From Chiloscyllium plagiosum (lineage: Eukaryota), in the NCBI RefSeq assembly GCF_004010195.1, contig NC_057727.1, forward strand, positions 47,813,506 to 47,877,505: a DNA stretch of 64,000 nt. The letters are read 5' to 3'. Position numbers and translations under genes: made by a program. Shown here one piece after another: positions 25,800-39,429 of the stretch (position 1 is its first letter; every line of letters starts with the position of its first letter). The notes below the pieces were generated by a model, which was not told the DNA's origin, made no database searches, and saw nothing but the letters and a program-made list of their open reading frames with translations.

Positions 25800-26110
25800 G
25801 GAATCTGCCCTCTGTTGTCTCGGAGATCTAGAACCAAGACCACAGTCTCAAAATAAAAGGCACGGACTGAGATGAAGGAGCATTTATTCACTTCGAGGGT
25901 GGTGAATCTTTGGAATTCTCTACCCCTCAAGGAGTTTGGAAACTCAGGCATTAAGTTAAGATCAAGACAGAGAATGATAATTGCTAGTTACTAATAACAT
26001 CAAGAGGTTCTGAGGTAGTATTGCCATATGTTAGATGATCAGAATGATCTAGAATGATGGAGTGAGCTCAAGGAACTGAATGGCCTTGCCCCTAAATTCC
26101 TACTTCTTGT
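25800..26110 (+). mobile_element. Old CR1 3' end
   Basis: SRTKTTVSK, TEMKEHLFTSRVVNLWNSL, tail gaactgaatggcct. Confidence 0.75.
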
Positions 26111-27611
26111 GAATTGGTGAGTCCAGGAAGTCAATGACAAGTTGAGGATCTCTCAAATAGATCTGCACACTTGCAATTGTAAGCTGGGAATTGACTCACT
26201 TTGCAGGTGAAACACAAGTTTCTTTCCAGAGATCAGACTTTTGATATATTGAGTATTTAGGTCACCTAGAGCCTCTTCTGTTGTCTTCTTTAACTGTTGT
26301 TACAAGAAGACTGATGTAAGAAGTCAAAAAAATTGTAAGTCAAAAGCTTAGGCTACGGCAGCTTTCCATGAGCATGAAATTATTTAGAAGACATTTGGGG
26401 TGTGAAAATGTACTAAATTTTTCTTTTCTATTTTTCTTGCGGGACTGGAATGGCTACCTTTGGCTCAAAAGGATAACTTACGCCTCTCTGAATCCAAGCT
26501 CCCATACATGGCCCTGGTACTCACTTCCCCATTCTTACCGACATGGCAGTGGGTGACCTCTGTTGCTTGACTTTCCACGGGCCAGCAACTGCTTCCTGCT
26601 CAGAACTGGTGGGAAATGAACACATAATATTTTGAGGCCTGACCGATAAAATCATCATGGCTTTCCGTTGTAGCTGGTTGGCGAAATAAACTCTCTAATG
26701 CCATTACTACTGCATACCTGCTGGGAGAAGGGGATGATGGTTAAGATGTTGTTCCCTTCCCATAACACCCTCTCTGCCCCCAACTCCAGATTCCTGTAAC
26801 AATTTTGAGACAGTTGTTGGGTATACAGCCTAGGTCTGGAACAGTAAACTTTTAAATAAAACATCTAGAAAAGTTACTCAGCATTTATTACTAGGCAAAG
26901 GTTTCATGTGATCATTCTTTCCAATTGTATGCCATGAGAGAACATGATTTATCCTCTTTACCGATTTATTGTGGATTAAGAATATGTTTATGATTTTCCT
27001 GTGTATAGCAAACAATGACATTCCTCTCCCTAAGTGGCTGTTGTGACATGGTAGCATATAAATATGATTATCTTCCTTTTACAATGCAGACTTACTGGCT
27101 GCCAAACAGCTGCTTTATGCATGGGTTCCACTTTTAACTGTTTGTGTCTGTCTTAGACTAATGTTGGAGAAATTCAGCAATATGCTGTTGTAGAATTAAT
27201 TAAAATCATATGTTTCTATGTCTTACATATTAATTTGCTCTGTAAGCCCTCTTAAGTTTACATGGAATTTATTTGTACATCTGTTTTCAAAATTCAAACA
27301 TGTGCACTTTAATTCTAATCCACTGTCTCCCACAAACACTAACCATGTGCTATTTTGATTCTATTGTTGTGTGAATCACAGAGTTCTGCAAAAGATATGC
27401 TTTTAGAAAAAAAATGTAGTTTAGCTGCATGGTGCTATAGCGGGCCCAGCATGGGGGTGCTATTAAACTTTATGTCCCCATTTCCACTGTCGCTACAGCA
27501 GAACATTAATAACACATACAGATACGTGAAACATCCATCAAACCTAACAAAACTGAAACCAATATTCTCAGATTGGCATCATGTCTGTTAAAATAATGTG
27601 GTGTGATTGCG

Positions 27612-27664
27612 ATGTCTGTGGGACAATTATGTCTGTGAGACAATTATATATGTGGGACAATTAT
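27612..27664. repeat. 17-bp tandem repeat x3 (ATGTCTGTGGGACAATT)
   Basis: Directly visible. Confidence 0.8.
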
Positions 27665-28887
27665 GACCGAATGAGTCAAAACAAATTCACAATGAAATAG
27701 AGCAAGCCAGCAGAAAGGAAAGGATAGTAGATTGTACGAGATTCACCATTTTATGTGCAGGCAGATGATTCAAACCATACTTATTGTGATGACATTATAT
27801 ACTGTTGAGCGTAAAACATTTTAAATGTGTTTTCATAAGTGTTCACTATTTTTGAGTGCAGACATTATTCACAAACCTTTTATAGCATCATTTTTAAATC
27901 CACAACACCTTTGTAATTTCTATATAAAGAAATGTTAACAGCATTTTGAGTCAAAAATGTTTGATTGCATCTATTGTTCAGTGTTGCGAGTGTTTTTGGT
28001 TTGCTCTGTGGTTAATGATCTCAATATCTTGCACCTTGCTTCATTTAATTAACCTAAGTAAAATACTACATTTCTAAAGTGTTTAGAAGAAAGAGAACAA
28101 AACCATATTGTACTTATAGATCAGCATGTGAAGGATAGTTATAAGATTAATTATCAATTCACATGGAGATATTGCTGGTTACATATCAAAATACTTGCCT
28201 GAAACCAGTATAAAACGGCATTGATTATACGGTCTTTGTATGGTTGAATATAAATTTAACAACATTTTAGCTGATTTGTCAAATTGATAAGGAGCTCAAT
28301 TGGATGAACTGATATGTTTCTTCTATTTCCAATTCTTATAAATTAACCTATCCACAAGGTGCGTATTTAGTGGTGAACATTTTTAAAGTAACTTTTATTG
28401 CTATGCTTTCAAATTACATTTCTTAGTCAAGAGTTTGTACAGAGACCAGTGTTATAGTGCTGCTGGGAAATGATGCGTCTGTTACCAGGCACTGCAAAAT
28501 TTCATTCTCCAATATTTATGTGAATCTTGGATTGAATTCATTGGTCTTCTGTGATTTTAGTTTTGTTTGTGGTTTAAATAAGGTTGCACCATTGATGCTC
28601 CAAATCCATTCAGCTTTTTGATGATCAAAAAGTATCAAGTTTGAATAAAAAAGATCCATACCCTTTCTAGTTGCTCTACTCTATTTCTACAGAAGTGAAT
28701 CATTTTATTCATTATCTCACTCCTGACAGTGCCAGTGTTTACTGAAACACTTGGGAAAGTTAATTTTAATGTAAGCTTAATCTTGAGAGCAGTATCATCT
28801 ATACTTATGGGTTCATGTGACTTAGGCAAACTATCTGGAATTTGAATTGGCTCACATCTTTTTTTTACAGTTAAAAGATCTTGTCCT

Positions 28888-29014
28888 GATTAGGAGATGC
28901 CGGTATTGGACTGGGGTGTACAAAGTTAAAAATCACACAACACCAGGTTATAGTCCAACAACTTTAATTGGAAGCACACTAGCTTTCGGAGTGACGCTCC
29001 TTCATCAGGTGGTT
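28888..29014 (-). mobile_element. Short Penelope-type terminal insert (distinct subfamily)
   Basis: ~125-bp segment in unique DNA; begins with a hammerhead core. Confidence 0.7.
28977..29011 (-). ncRNA. Minimal type I hammerhead ribozyme, intact core
   Basis: cac CUGAUGA a GGAG cguca CUCC GAAA GC UA gug: conserved core, 4-bp stem II, AGCU palindromic stem III, CAC/GUG stem I. Confidence 0.8.
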
Positions 29015-29504
29015 TTGTGTTATTGCGAGATTAGCAATATGACTTCTGTCCACTTTTCAGGTAATTGTGTTTTTTTGGAAAACCAGGCTTCACAGAGGGT
29101 GAGACTTAAGACAGGCCTAGCTCAGCCTGCAGTCTGACTATGATTTGACTAAACCTTGGATTCTAAGGAAATTGATGCTAACACTAACTAGATTCTTATC
29201 AAACTGAAGTAATGTTTCAGAAAATGTACATTTACAGTTTTGTTTTCAAAGGTGAAGATCATAGTCATATGATGGAGCACCTGGATTTCAGCTTAATGAG
29301 GTAGTTTCTATTTGGAAAGTGGTTTCTATCTCCCTTGTCAGAGACATTGTTTGAATGAGATCAAATGGTGAGCCATTCGTGCCATTTGTAATGAGTTTCA
29401 ATAGCTTCCCCCTTGTTCAAAACTGGCTAAGGAGGCATCTTGTTTGTTGGCCTTTTTATGTTTGTGGACTGCAAGGTCCACAAAGTGCAAAGATCTTATA
29501 TTCC

Positions 29505-30649
29505 AGGGGAGGTTATAGTGACTGACTGTGAAGTCGAGGCTGCATTTGATAGAGTATTACATGAAAGAGCCTTAGCAATTCTACAGTCGAAAGGAATCAG
29601 GGAGAAAAATCTCTGCTGGTTGGAATCAATTCTAGCACAGCAAAGATAGTTATTTTTGTTGAAGATCAGTTATTTCAGTTACAGGACATCTCTGCAAGAG
29701 TTCCTCAGGGTAGTCCAGAGTCCAATCATCACCGGTTACCTTGCTTTCAACATGAGGTCAGAAATAGGGATATTCGCTGATGATTATGCAATGTTCAACA
29801 CCATTCACGATGCCTTAGAAACAAATTCAATCTATGTTATAACACAGCAAGATCTGGACAATATCTGGATCTGGGTTGACAAATTGCAGGTAACATTCTC
29901 ATTGCATAAGTGCCAGGCAATGACCATCTCCAACAAGAGACAACCTTACCTATTTTCCCCAGAAATTCAGTGTATTACCATCATTGAATCTCCCCACTGT
30001 CAATATCTTGGAGGATATCATTGACCAGAACTGAACAGCTCCAGCCCCTTAACTACTATCGTTACAGGAGCAGGTCAAGTCTGAGGAATCTTACATTGAG
30101 TAACTCACCTGTTGACTTCCCAAAGCATGTCTACCATCCAGAAGACATAATTCAGGAGTATGATGGAATATTCTCCAGTTGCATGGATGCTTGTAGCTTC
30201 AAGAATAATCAAGAAACTCAATTTATTCAGAACCCGGCAGCATACTGGATTGGCTTCACAGCCACAAACAGTCACTCACTGCATCACCGATGCTCAGTAG
30301 TGGCAATGTGTACCATCTACTGCTCAGATGCTCACCAAGGCTTTTCAGACAGCATCTTCCAAACCCATGGCCACTACCATCTTGAAGGACAAAAGCAGCA
30401 GATACAAGGGAACATGATCATCTGCAATCTATTCACCATCCTGACTTGAAAATACATTGCTTTTCCATCAATGTCACTGGATCAAAATCCTGGAATTTCC
30501 TCCCTAATGGTATTGTGGGTCTACCCTCACTAAATGAGCTGCAATAGTTCAAGAAGGCAGTTCACCACCAGCTTCTCAAGGGCAACTAGAGACAGGTAAT
30601 AAATGCTGACCCAGCCAATTTTTCCCACATCCCATGAATGAATAAAAAT
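29505..30649 (+). mobile_element. CR1-like LINE (second family), 3' RT and tail
   Basis: AAFDRVLH, EIGIFADDYAMF, QQDLDNIWIWVDKLQVTFSLHKCQ; tail cccacatcccatgaatgaataaaa. Confidence 0.92.
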
Positions 30650-30784
30650 AGAATTCCAGTGGGATGATGTCTATGTCCTGGATTGATAATTACTGATTAG
30701 AAACCTTCCAAAAGTCAATATGCAGGTGGAGTGGGAAAATCAGGTTGGTAGGAGATTTCAAGAAAAGGAATTTGTGGATTTTTA

Positions 30785-31012
30785 AAATATATTCCTTCAT
30801 GGGATCTGGATAATGCTGGCCAAGCCAGTATTAATTGCCCAAGCCTAATTGCCCAGAGTGCGGTTTAAGAGTCAACCACATTGCTGTGGGTCTGGAGACA
30901 CATGTAGGCCAGACCAGGTAAGGATGACAGTTTCCTTCCCTAAAGGACATTAATGAACTATATATTTTTTTCTCTACAATCAACAATGAGTTTCACAGTC
31001 ATTATTAGACTC
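30785..31012 (-). mobile_element. MetaSINE-like 3' half
   Basis: Antisense core (ggtctggagacacatgtaggccagaccaggtaaggatg...cctaaaggacattaatgaac) joined to a CR1-type tail. Confidence 0.85.
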
Positions 31013-31019
31013 TTAAGAA

Positions 31020-31870
31020 CATCTACTAGATTTTGGAGCTGTTTGTTGTAGACCCTACAAGGAAACAGGGAATTCTGGATTTGGTGATGTTTTATGAGGC
31101 AGACTTGATTAGGGAGATTAACGTGAAGGAACCCCTCAGGGGCTGTGACCATAATATGATAGAATCCACCCTGCAGCTTGAGGGAGGGAGAAGCTGGAAT
31201 CAGTTCAGGATTCTCTAAAGCTTAACATGCAAATTCAATTGGTGGTTAGGAAGCCAACTGCAATGTTCACGTTCATTTCAAGAGGGCTAGAATAAAAGGC
31301 AGAGATGTACTGCTGAAGCTGTATAAGGCTCTGGTCTGACCATAGTTGGAATATTGTGAGTAGTTTTAGGCTCCATCTCTAAGGAGGATGTGTTGTCATT
31401 AGATAGGGGTCCAGAGGAGATTTAAAAAAATGATCCTGGCGATGTTTGAGGACTCTGGGTCTGTACTCAATGAAGTTTAGAACAATGAGGGAGGATCTCA
31501 CGAAAATGTATAGAGTACTGAGAGGCCTGGATATCGTGGACATGGAGAAAATGTTTCAATTAGTAAGAGAGACTCAAAGCGGGCACAGCCTCAGAATGAA
31601 GGGAAGACCCTTTCGAATTGAGATGAGGAGGAATTTCTTCAGCCAGAGGACAGTTAATCTTTGGAACTTGTTGCTGCAGAGGGTTGTGGAGGCCAAGTCA
31701 TTGAGTGCATTTGTGGCAGTGATAGATAGGTTCTTGATTGGTAAGGAGACCAAAAGTTATGAGAGAAGGCAGGAGAATGGGATTGAGAAACACATTAGCC
31801 ATGATCGAATGGTCGAGCAAACTTGATGGGCCAAATGGCCTAATTCTACTCCTATATCTGATGGTCTTAT
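31020..31870 (+). mobile_element. Internally deleted CR1 (endonuclease piece fused to the 3' end)
   Basis: PTRKQGILDLV...EPLRGCDHNMI joined at ~31203 to 3' ORF2 (MRRNFFSQRTVNLWN) and the tail ggccaaatggcctaattctactcctatat. Confidence 0.9.
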
Positions 31871-31974
31871 TGTCTTATTGTGACCAATTTGCATCATGAG
31901 ATTGGTAACAGCCATATTTTCATTCAGTGAAGTTAATTTCAAAGTTTAAACAAGTAAGTATAGTTTTTGAATCA

Positions 31975-33100
31975 ATGTGTGCAGGAAGGCCAGGAGAAAC
32001 AATGACTGTAATTTAGCAAGGATTATAAAGAAGAAAAATAGGATAATCCACAGACACATAAATCTCAGGATGAGAATAGAGCCAATAAGAGATGTACCAA
32101 TCAATGCACAGGTACTATTATATTCTTCTCTTAAACGTAAAAGTACAAATCACATACAAAGATTGTTAAAACAAGATGTGAGTTCATTATTTTGAAAATA
32201 AGATGACATAAACAGATTTCCTGAGAGGCTTGGTAGAGTATTATGTGATCTCTATTATTACTGCTTCAGGCTGGCTTCAAGCCATGGGATTAATACATCA
32301 CCTCATATCAAGACATGTTATGATAGTCAGCAGCTTAAGCTTACTTCCATTTAAAGATGTATGCACATCATATCACAATGGGTCAAAAATAACAGAGGTA
32401 TTAAATAATTCATTTGCCTCAGTATTTACTGGGACTAACATGGTGAAAATGACATTTGAAGAAAAGTTATAAAAAGGCAAAATTATTCAGGATATGAAGT
32501 GTGAGATTAATTCTGAACTAATTAACTCTGAGGAGATAGAGTCTACGTTGCACTGATGCAATTTTAAATAAGTTGCAGAAAACATACCAAAGGCACAATT
32601 ATACATAGATAGCTATTCATTATAAAAGGGAATATTATCAGAGCATTCGTAGACAGCTTCCTTTTGTTCAAGAAATGAGTTAGAACAAACACCAGAGCAA
32701 TTTGCTTATCACTAATAGTAGGAGAGGTAGTGCAATCCTCAATCAAAGATGTAATTAGATATTCAGCAATAATCCCAAAAGAGAAAATCATACTTGAGAA
32801 ATTTGAGTGAATTACTTGAAGGACTAACAGAAAGGGTGCATATAGTTAATGTAATAGACATGATGTATTTTGATTCCTATAAAAACTTCGATGTGATATC
32901 TCGCAGTAGAAACGTGTCTGAAAGGTCAGAACATGAGAAATTAAGGAATGAATAGCAGTAAAGATTGAAAACTTGATACAAAACATGAAACAGAGAGTTG
33001 AAGTGAAAATTTGGAGAAAAATGAAAAATGGATCACTGCTGAGGCTGTTGATATTCAATATTTATCTGAACAATCTGGACTGAGGAACTGAAAGTGCAAA
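31975..33100 (+). mobile_element. Very old CR1 ORF2 remnants
   Basis: EVLNNSFASVFT and further faint colinear RT motifs. Confidence 0.55.
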
Positions 33101-33739
33101 TGTAAATCTTTTACAATTTCTCCTGGCTGTGGTTGCAATTTTACTCATTTTGAGGACTGTTTTACACTTGATTAAAGTGACAATAATCAAGGGCGTGGTC
33201 TGACAGATATAGAAATATATTTTACTTTGGAGGCATGTACAAAGATACTTTTAAATATAGGTATAGTCTATTGGCCATCCTGTTCACATTGAGCATGACT
33301 GTAAGGATGCAGGATAAGTTACAAGAGGAAAGACAGAAGTAGGGTAAAAAGTGAGGTTGGGGAAAGAGGTCTTGGCAGTAATGGCCAGCCATTTGGGGAT
33401 GGAGAGATACAGTCAAGTCTCACTCCAACTGATTCCTGTTGCCTCCTGGTGCGTGCCACTTTTGCAATTAAGAGAGAGAGTAAAGTGTATTTCTCAGTGT
33501 TGGAGAATAGATTTTAGAAGATGTGGTTATCGTGGTCGACTAGGTACCAGTCTGTATAAGTTGGGAGACATGAATGTAAGACTTGTAACAGTATTATGTG
33601 TAAAAAGATGAATTAAAGCACAGAAAGATTAAATAAGAGTCATAACTGATCAAGGTTGCTGCTAACAGTGATGGTAGTGTAGTTGAGCAGTAGATGAAGC
33701 TAATGGTGCAAATTTGAATATAGCATTTGAAGATTCGGA

Positions 33740-33945
33740 GATCATTAACATCTTCTGGAAGTCCATCCAGATCTTTGAGGTTAACTTCCTGGCATTGATC
33801 TCCACTTCAATCACTTTCCTCTGCCTCTTGAACATATGTCTGGAGGGCTTTGGACTGAGGATGGAGGAAATTGTTCCTTCTTTCCACCTTTTCCACCAAA
33901 ACGCACTGTGCAATGTCTGGAAACCTTGGTGCTTTCTCTGTGCCA
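33740..33945 (-). pseudogene. Myb/SANT-like ORF relic
   Basis: EKAPRFPDIAQCVLVEKVERRNNFLHP / KPSRHMFKRQRKVIEVEINAR...; frameshifted. Confidence 0.75.
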
Positions 33946-35167
33946 CGGTTAACCATTGTTGAAGATTGCACATCTGAATATTCAGAACTGTCTCAGTACC
34001 ATTACAAAACACAATGTTCTTCCCCTATAAAAGATACAACTTTTAAGTAGCACAGAACAGCTCTCAGCAATGCTAGGCGTTCATGCAATTCATTGCTGAT
34101 GCATGCAGCCAATCAACAGCATACGCGTGCTTGCCGAACATAGCAACCAGGAAAATGAGCAAATGGCATAACGTTGATGTCCTATCTGCAGTGCGATGAA
34201 CTGATGAAGGTTGTTCATGCATTGCAATCCCTGGGCCTGTTCTCAGTGGTTATCCAATTTAATCTGTTATATCTGTCTTCAGGATAATTTGAACCACTTC
34301 ACAGCTATTGTATTCAATTTGAGCACAGCAGAAGTCCACAAGCAGAAATGGGATACTGAAAATGTTGACTCCCTGCAGGGATATGGTTCATGATCATCAG
34401 TGTCTCCTCTCCCACATAGTCATTCCAATTGAGAGCTGAAATAACAGGCTTTTATGTGTTGGTTTTACTAAAAGAGATAAAGTATTGAACCAAACATGTC
34501 CCTGCATCACCTGAGTCAAGAGTCATTGGATAGTGCTCGAGTGTAGGAAAACCTATCTATCTGATATTGGTTCCCCTTATTCAGGACTGCGAACTGAGGT
34601 GCTACTCTGGTTGAACACAGGCAGCTGGTCCCCTCAGGGTGCGTAGGGGCCTCAGTAGGGTCACAGTCTTTTGCACTCAAATCTGCTTCCTCAGGGTGAG
34701 AGAGGCACAGCATGGATGTCCCAGGACATTGTGATGGAGCAATGTCAGCTCCTGGATCAGGACCTGAGATCTGCAGGAGTCCGAGACCATTTGTCCCCCA
34801 GTGCTTTTGAAGGTGGCAGTTGTTTTGACGTTCAATGTGACTGGCCCCTTCCAGGGAGCAATAGGTAACCTCTGAGGGATCTCTCAACTGTGCAACACAA
34901 ATACTTCAGTGTCTGATTTCACTGTGCAAGATCATGCTGGCTCATTTTGGCCCCCAGTGATGAGGTCAGTGCTGCAGTCTAGGCAGTAGACTTCAAGAAC
35001 ATAACCTGCTTCTCCTAGGGGCAGTTTTCCATTGTCTGTATGCATGTAACACAGAGAGGGTTGTAACACAACACTACAGAATTCATCAGCCTGCTGGAGT
35101 TTCATTCCATTAACAATCAAGTGATCTATGATCATTGTTACAATTTCCTGGCGTGTGTGCCCTCTAC

Positions 35168-35900
35168 CCTGGCAGCTACCAGGACTCCTACATACTTGAG
35201 CACTTTTATGCAGTGGTACAAGGTGTAACCTTGCAAGGCTGGCCACTGCACTAACGGCTGATGACACTTTGGTACAACTCCCCAAATGATGCAGAGCATC
35301 CATGCTTTGACCATAGAGTCATAGAGATGTACAGCATGGAAACAGACTCTTCAGTCCAACCTATCCATGCTGACCAGATATCCCAACCCAATATAGTCCC
35401 ACCTGCCAGTACCTGGCCCATATCCCTCCAAATTCTTCCTATTCATATACCCATCCAAATGTCTTTTAAAAGTTGTAATTGTACCAGCCTCCACAACTTC
35501 CTCTTGCAGCTCATTCCATACACATATCACCCTCTGCGTGAAAAAGTTGCCCCTTAGGTCTCTTTTATATCTTTCCCCTCTCACCCTAAACCTATGCCCT
35601 CAAGTTCTGGACTCCCCTACCCCAGGGAAAAGACTTTGTCTGTTTATCCTAACCATGCCCCTCATAATTTTGTAAACTTCTATAAGGTTACCGCTCAGCC
35701 TCCGACACTCCAGGGAAAACAGCCCCAGCCTGTTCAGCATCTCCCTATAGCTCAAACCCTCCAGCATGGTGGAGTAGATGGCAGAGATACCGAAGCTGCT
35801 GCAATCTGGATTGTGAGCAGGGAGAGAGAAGATTATCTCCTCCGGTATACTCTGCACGGAGTGTGCCATGTCATCCTGGTGGGCTCTGCTCTGCACAAGT
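35168..35900 (-). pseudogene. Myb/SANT-like ORF relic split by a CR1 insertion
   Basis: HQDDMAHSVQSIPEEIIF on one side; VSSAVSAVASLAR...HCIKVLKYVGVLVAAR|gt on the other. Confidence 0.5.
35312..35765 (-). mobile_element. HER1/CR1 LINE 3' end
   Basis: LEGLSYREMLNRLGLFSLECRRLSGNLIEVYKIMRG...GNFFTQRVICVWNEL; tail tctctatgactctatg. Confidence 0.95.
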
Positions 35901-35940
35901 TGGAGTAGGCAACAAGGCAATGTGCTAAATGTTGATGAAA

Positions 35941-36177
35941 GATACTGAGGAAGAGTCACTGGGACCAGAAACATTAACACTGGGTTGGAGTAAGGACATG
36001 GGAGAGTTCGAGCCCTAAAGTTTCCTAGCTACCATCAGTTCTAAGGAAGGGTCACCACACCCAAAACATTAACTCTGATTTCTCTCCATAGATGTTGTCA
36101 GACCTGCTGAGCTTTTCCAGTAATTTCTGTTTGTGTTTCTGATTTCCAGCATCGGCAGTTTTTTTGGTTTTTATTTT
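35941..36177 (+). mobile_element. Penelope-derived unit with two tandem decayed hammerhead cores
   Basis: ctgaggaagagtcactgggaccagaaacattaac (35945) and ctaaggaagggtcaccacacccaaaacattaac (36041), then the PLE tail. Confidence 0.75.
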
Positions 36178-37469
36178 GCTGAATGCTGACGATGTGGGAG
36201 AACATGAGCAGTCTCCAGCGAATGAAGCTCTCCGTGTGCATGACAGAGCTGAGCTGTACTGGGTTGTACAAACCTGGTTGATGCCTGCTTCCAGTAGATG
36301 AGAGCTGGGTGCAGCAGACTGTTGTGGAATGCTAAATAATCATTAGTCATCAATGCCATTGTGGGGGTGAATGGTAGCCTTTATTTGTTTTGTTTGTATT
36401 TATTTTTTCTGTCTGTGAATCAAAGCTCATGATTCATGTTGTCTGATTATGATGTTTCCTCACTGGACAATGAGAGATGCTGGTTTGCAGTGAGCACTGG
36501 GCAGAGAGTAGTGATGACTTGAGAGAGTAGTTAATGTGAGAATAACTAATGTGACAGGTAGGCTGTGTGAGATAGTGGCTGGACAGCAACTGGGGCAAGA
36601 AAGTGGAGCTGCATCTGCCAGGAAGTGTTAGCCATGCCAGCTAGGTGCTGTAAACACTGTGTGTGTTTGGGGCTGCTGTGCTGACCCCTAACCATATCCT
36701 TCCTATTGTGAGGTGACAAGAACTACACACTCCAGCTGTGGCCCAACTAACATTACCGTCGTCCATTCTCCTAGTCCTCTCCCTTGCTCTAGTGCTGCTT
36801 CCTAACTTCTAAATGAAATATTGCTTTTGAACTCCTGAGCTTACCACTTTGTTGCTTCCACAACTGCTGCTCTCTCTATATATCGACTCTAACTTTTTAG
36901 CTGCTGACTCTATATTCTTTAAGTGGCAATGTTTTGAAAGTGGTCAACTCACTTGCTTGAATTATGTTCTGGACTACTTCTGGATTTCTTTTTCTCATGC
37001 TTGGAGTCCGAACTGTACCATTGCATCCATATGGTATTCTCCCAGATGACCTGAACTAGCATCATGTGATACTTGTCACCTCTTACACGTACGTGGTACA
37101 GTGAAGGTCGTTTGGGGTTGACACTGATTGAAAAAAAACTTGAAAACAATAAACTACTACAGAAAATCTAAAAATAGAACATTTGTTGAAGAATTTAGTA
37201 CAGTCGCTCTGTAATGCAAAGTCTTAAATATAGGGAATGCTACATCAAATCTATCAAGCTGTACAATACTTCAATTTAAAATAACATTTGTGAATGCAAG
37301 AATTCAATGTTAAGAAACAGCAGATAACAAGCAATGTGGCAATGATACTGTTTGAAAACAGCTTTACATTAAAGGATTAATCAACACATTGAGAAGAAAT
37401 GGAAAGCAATGAAATACTTTCTTGAAGACTTATAATAACTTCCTCATTCTTTTATTAAACACTTTGTCT

Positions 37470-37660
37470 AATAAAAGCAAGTTTTCCATGTGCCTTCTTG
37501 AACACCTTATCTCCCTGTCCCACTGCCTTCAAGGAACTATGGACATGCTCACCAAGGGTTATCTGATCCTCTATACTTTCTAGGATCCTACCACCCAACA
37601 TTACTCTCTTGTCTTGTTGGACCTCCCAGAATTCATTACCTCACTTTTAAGGATTAAGTT
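37470..37660 (-). mobile_element. Old CR1 fragment
   Basis: Antisense CR1 segment (VHSSLKAVGQGDK-like). Confidence 0.6.
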
Positions 37661-39429
37661 GTTTCCCTATAAATCTTCTTGTGTAGCTACAGCTTGTGTA
37701 TCTTCTAACACAAATTGTTGGACAAAATCATGGCAAAACAAAGACAAAGGAATTGGTATCAGTGAACTACCATAAACAATCTTTACTCTACCACATACTT
37801 GTAGAGGGGACAAATATTACAAGATACTAGTGCTGACCATCTGGGAAAGTACTCCATGCAGTGGTACAGATCTGACTCCAACCACAAAAAGAAGAAATCC
37901 AGAAATAGTTGTGAACATAATTCTAGCAGTGAGTTTACTACTTTAAGAATATTGCCACTTTAACAAGTCAGAGTCAGAAGCTGAAATATTATAATCAATG
38001 CAGGGAGACAGCAGCAGCTGTGGAAGGGATCTCAAAGGCAGTGTTACATTCAGAAGCAGGGAAGAAGCACTAGACCAAGAGAGTGGGATAGAAAAAGAGA
38101 GAATATCCAGCCAAATGTAAATACAGAGGCCATCGTGAAGGAGGTTCTATAAGGAACAATTGAAGGATCTAGGATATAAGGTTTGAAGATCCCCAAAGAA
38201 AAATTGAATATCTCTATGAAAACCTGTACAAAGACTAGAAAGGGAAGTCAACAGTCCTTAAAAGAAAATTCTCACCTCTCATAACAAGCATCATTGCTAT
38301 CCATATTAGGCTGTGTGACGTAGTGGTGAGGAACAGTGAAATGGCCAGAAAAGAAATTTAAACGATAGCTAGACAATTGGGAAGGACCTCACTGCAACGT
38401 CATTGTTTTAGCTGAAAATGAATTTTGTTTTAGTTGAAAATGAACAGGATTAAAGGAATTGAGTATAAGTTCCTATTCAAAGAAATAATGTCAGAACAAG
38501 TCATAGATTTAAAAGGATCTGAGTAAGATTTATAAGGGGTACTGCCAGAGATTTTAAAAGTATGAGTAGAAAAAAGTTCTTGGTGTTCTTGACCATAAAA
38601 GACAGGAAAACATCCATTTTTACCAGGAAATGAGCAAGAAATCTTCACTTTTCTCTGCGAATGAATGTTAGCAATTCTATTAAATGCTAACTGTTTTCAT
38701 TCTTTCCCTCTAAGTAAGAGTTGACAGATCACATGCTTAGGTAAACACCTCATATCTGAAGATTACAGAATAACATCTTGACTTAAACAGCTCATAGTCC
38801 CTACTTGTCATTCACTGAACCACAAGAAGTTACATTGAGCAACTTTCCCCTCCGGCTCTTTACCAGAGGGTGGTCAGGTCTTTCATCACCAACCATCAGT
38901 TGATGATACGACAAATACAAAGATAGATGTGGAGCATTATGTCAGCTCTTCATTCTGCTCTGTGCAAGATAAAGGAAATTTAATTTTGTCATCAGTTTGG
39001 TTTTAACTTCACTAAATTTTAATGAAATTAGCCTATTAACATGGATAGACCAGTGTCAAATTGTTCTGAAAATTGTGATTAACGATAACATAAAAGGATC
39101 ATTAACATGTGAGATTTCATGAATAGCCACCAGGCAATAAATAGCTTTTGAGTTACTGACAGCCCTCAATTCAATCTCCCTGTGAAGTTATTGACAGGGT
39201 AAAAGTCTCTCCACAAATAACACAATTCTGTGAAAGGAAATCTGGTTTAATTGAGAATGAAGGTGAAGGAATAATAAAACTGCTTGGAAGAGTAGTAGCC
39301 CAGTCAAATAAACTGCCTCAAGAAATGGATGAAAAATCCTAAATCATCCCTTCAGTTCATTGCCATCAGAATATCTTGATGCTGCCTTATTGCAGGCAAA
39401 TATTTATCACTCAAGCAATCTTAAAAAAA

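Noticed and set aside
37700-39400. Purine-rich stretch that looks like decayed coding sequence
   Set aside because: No recognisable protein motif in any frame
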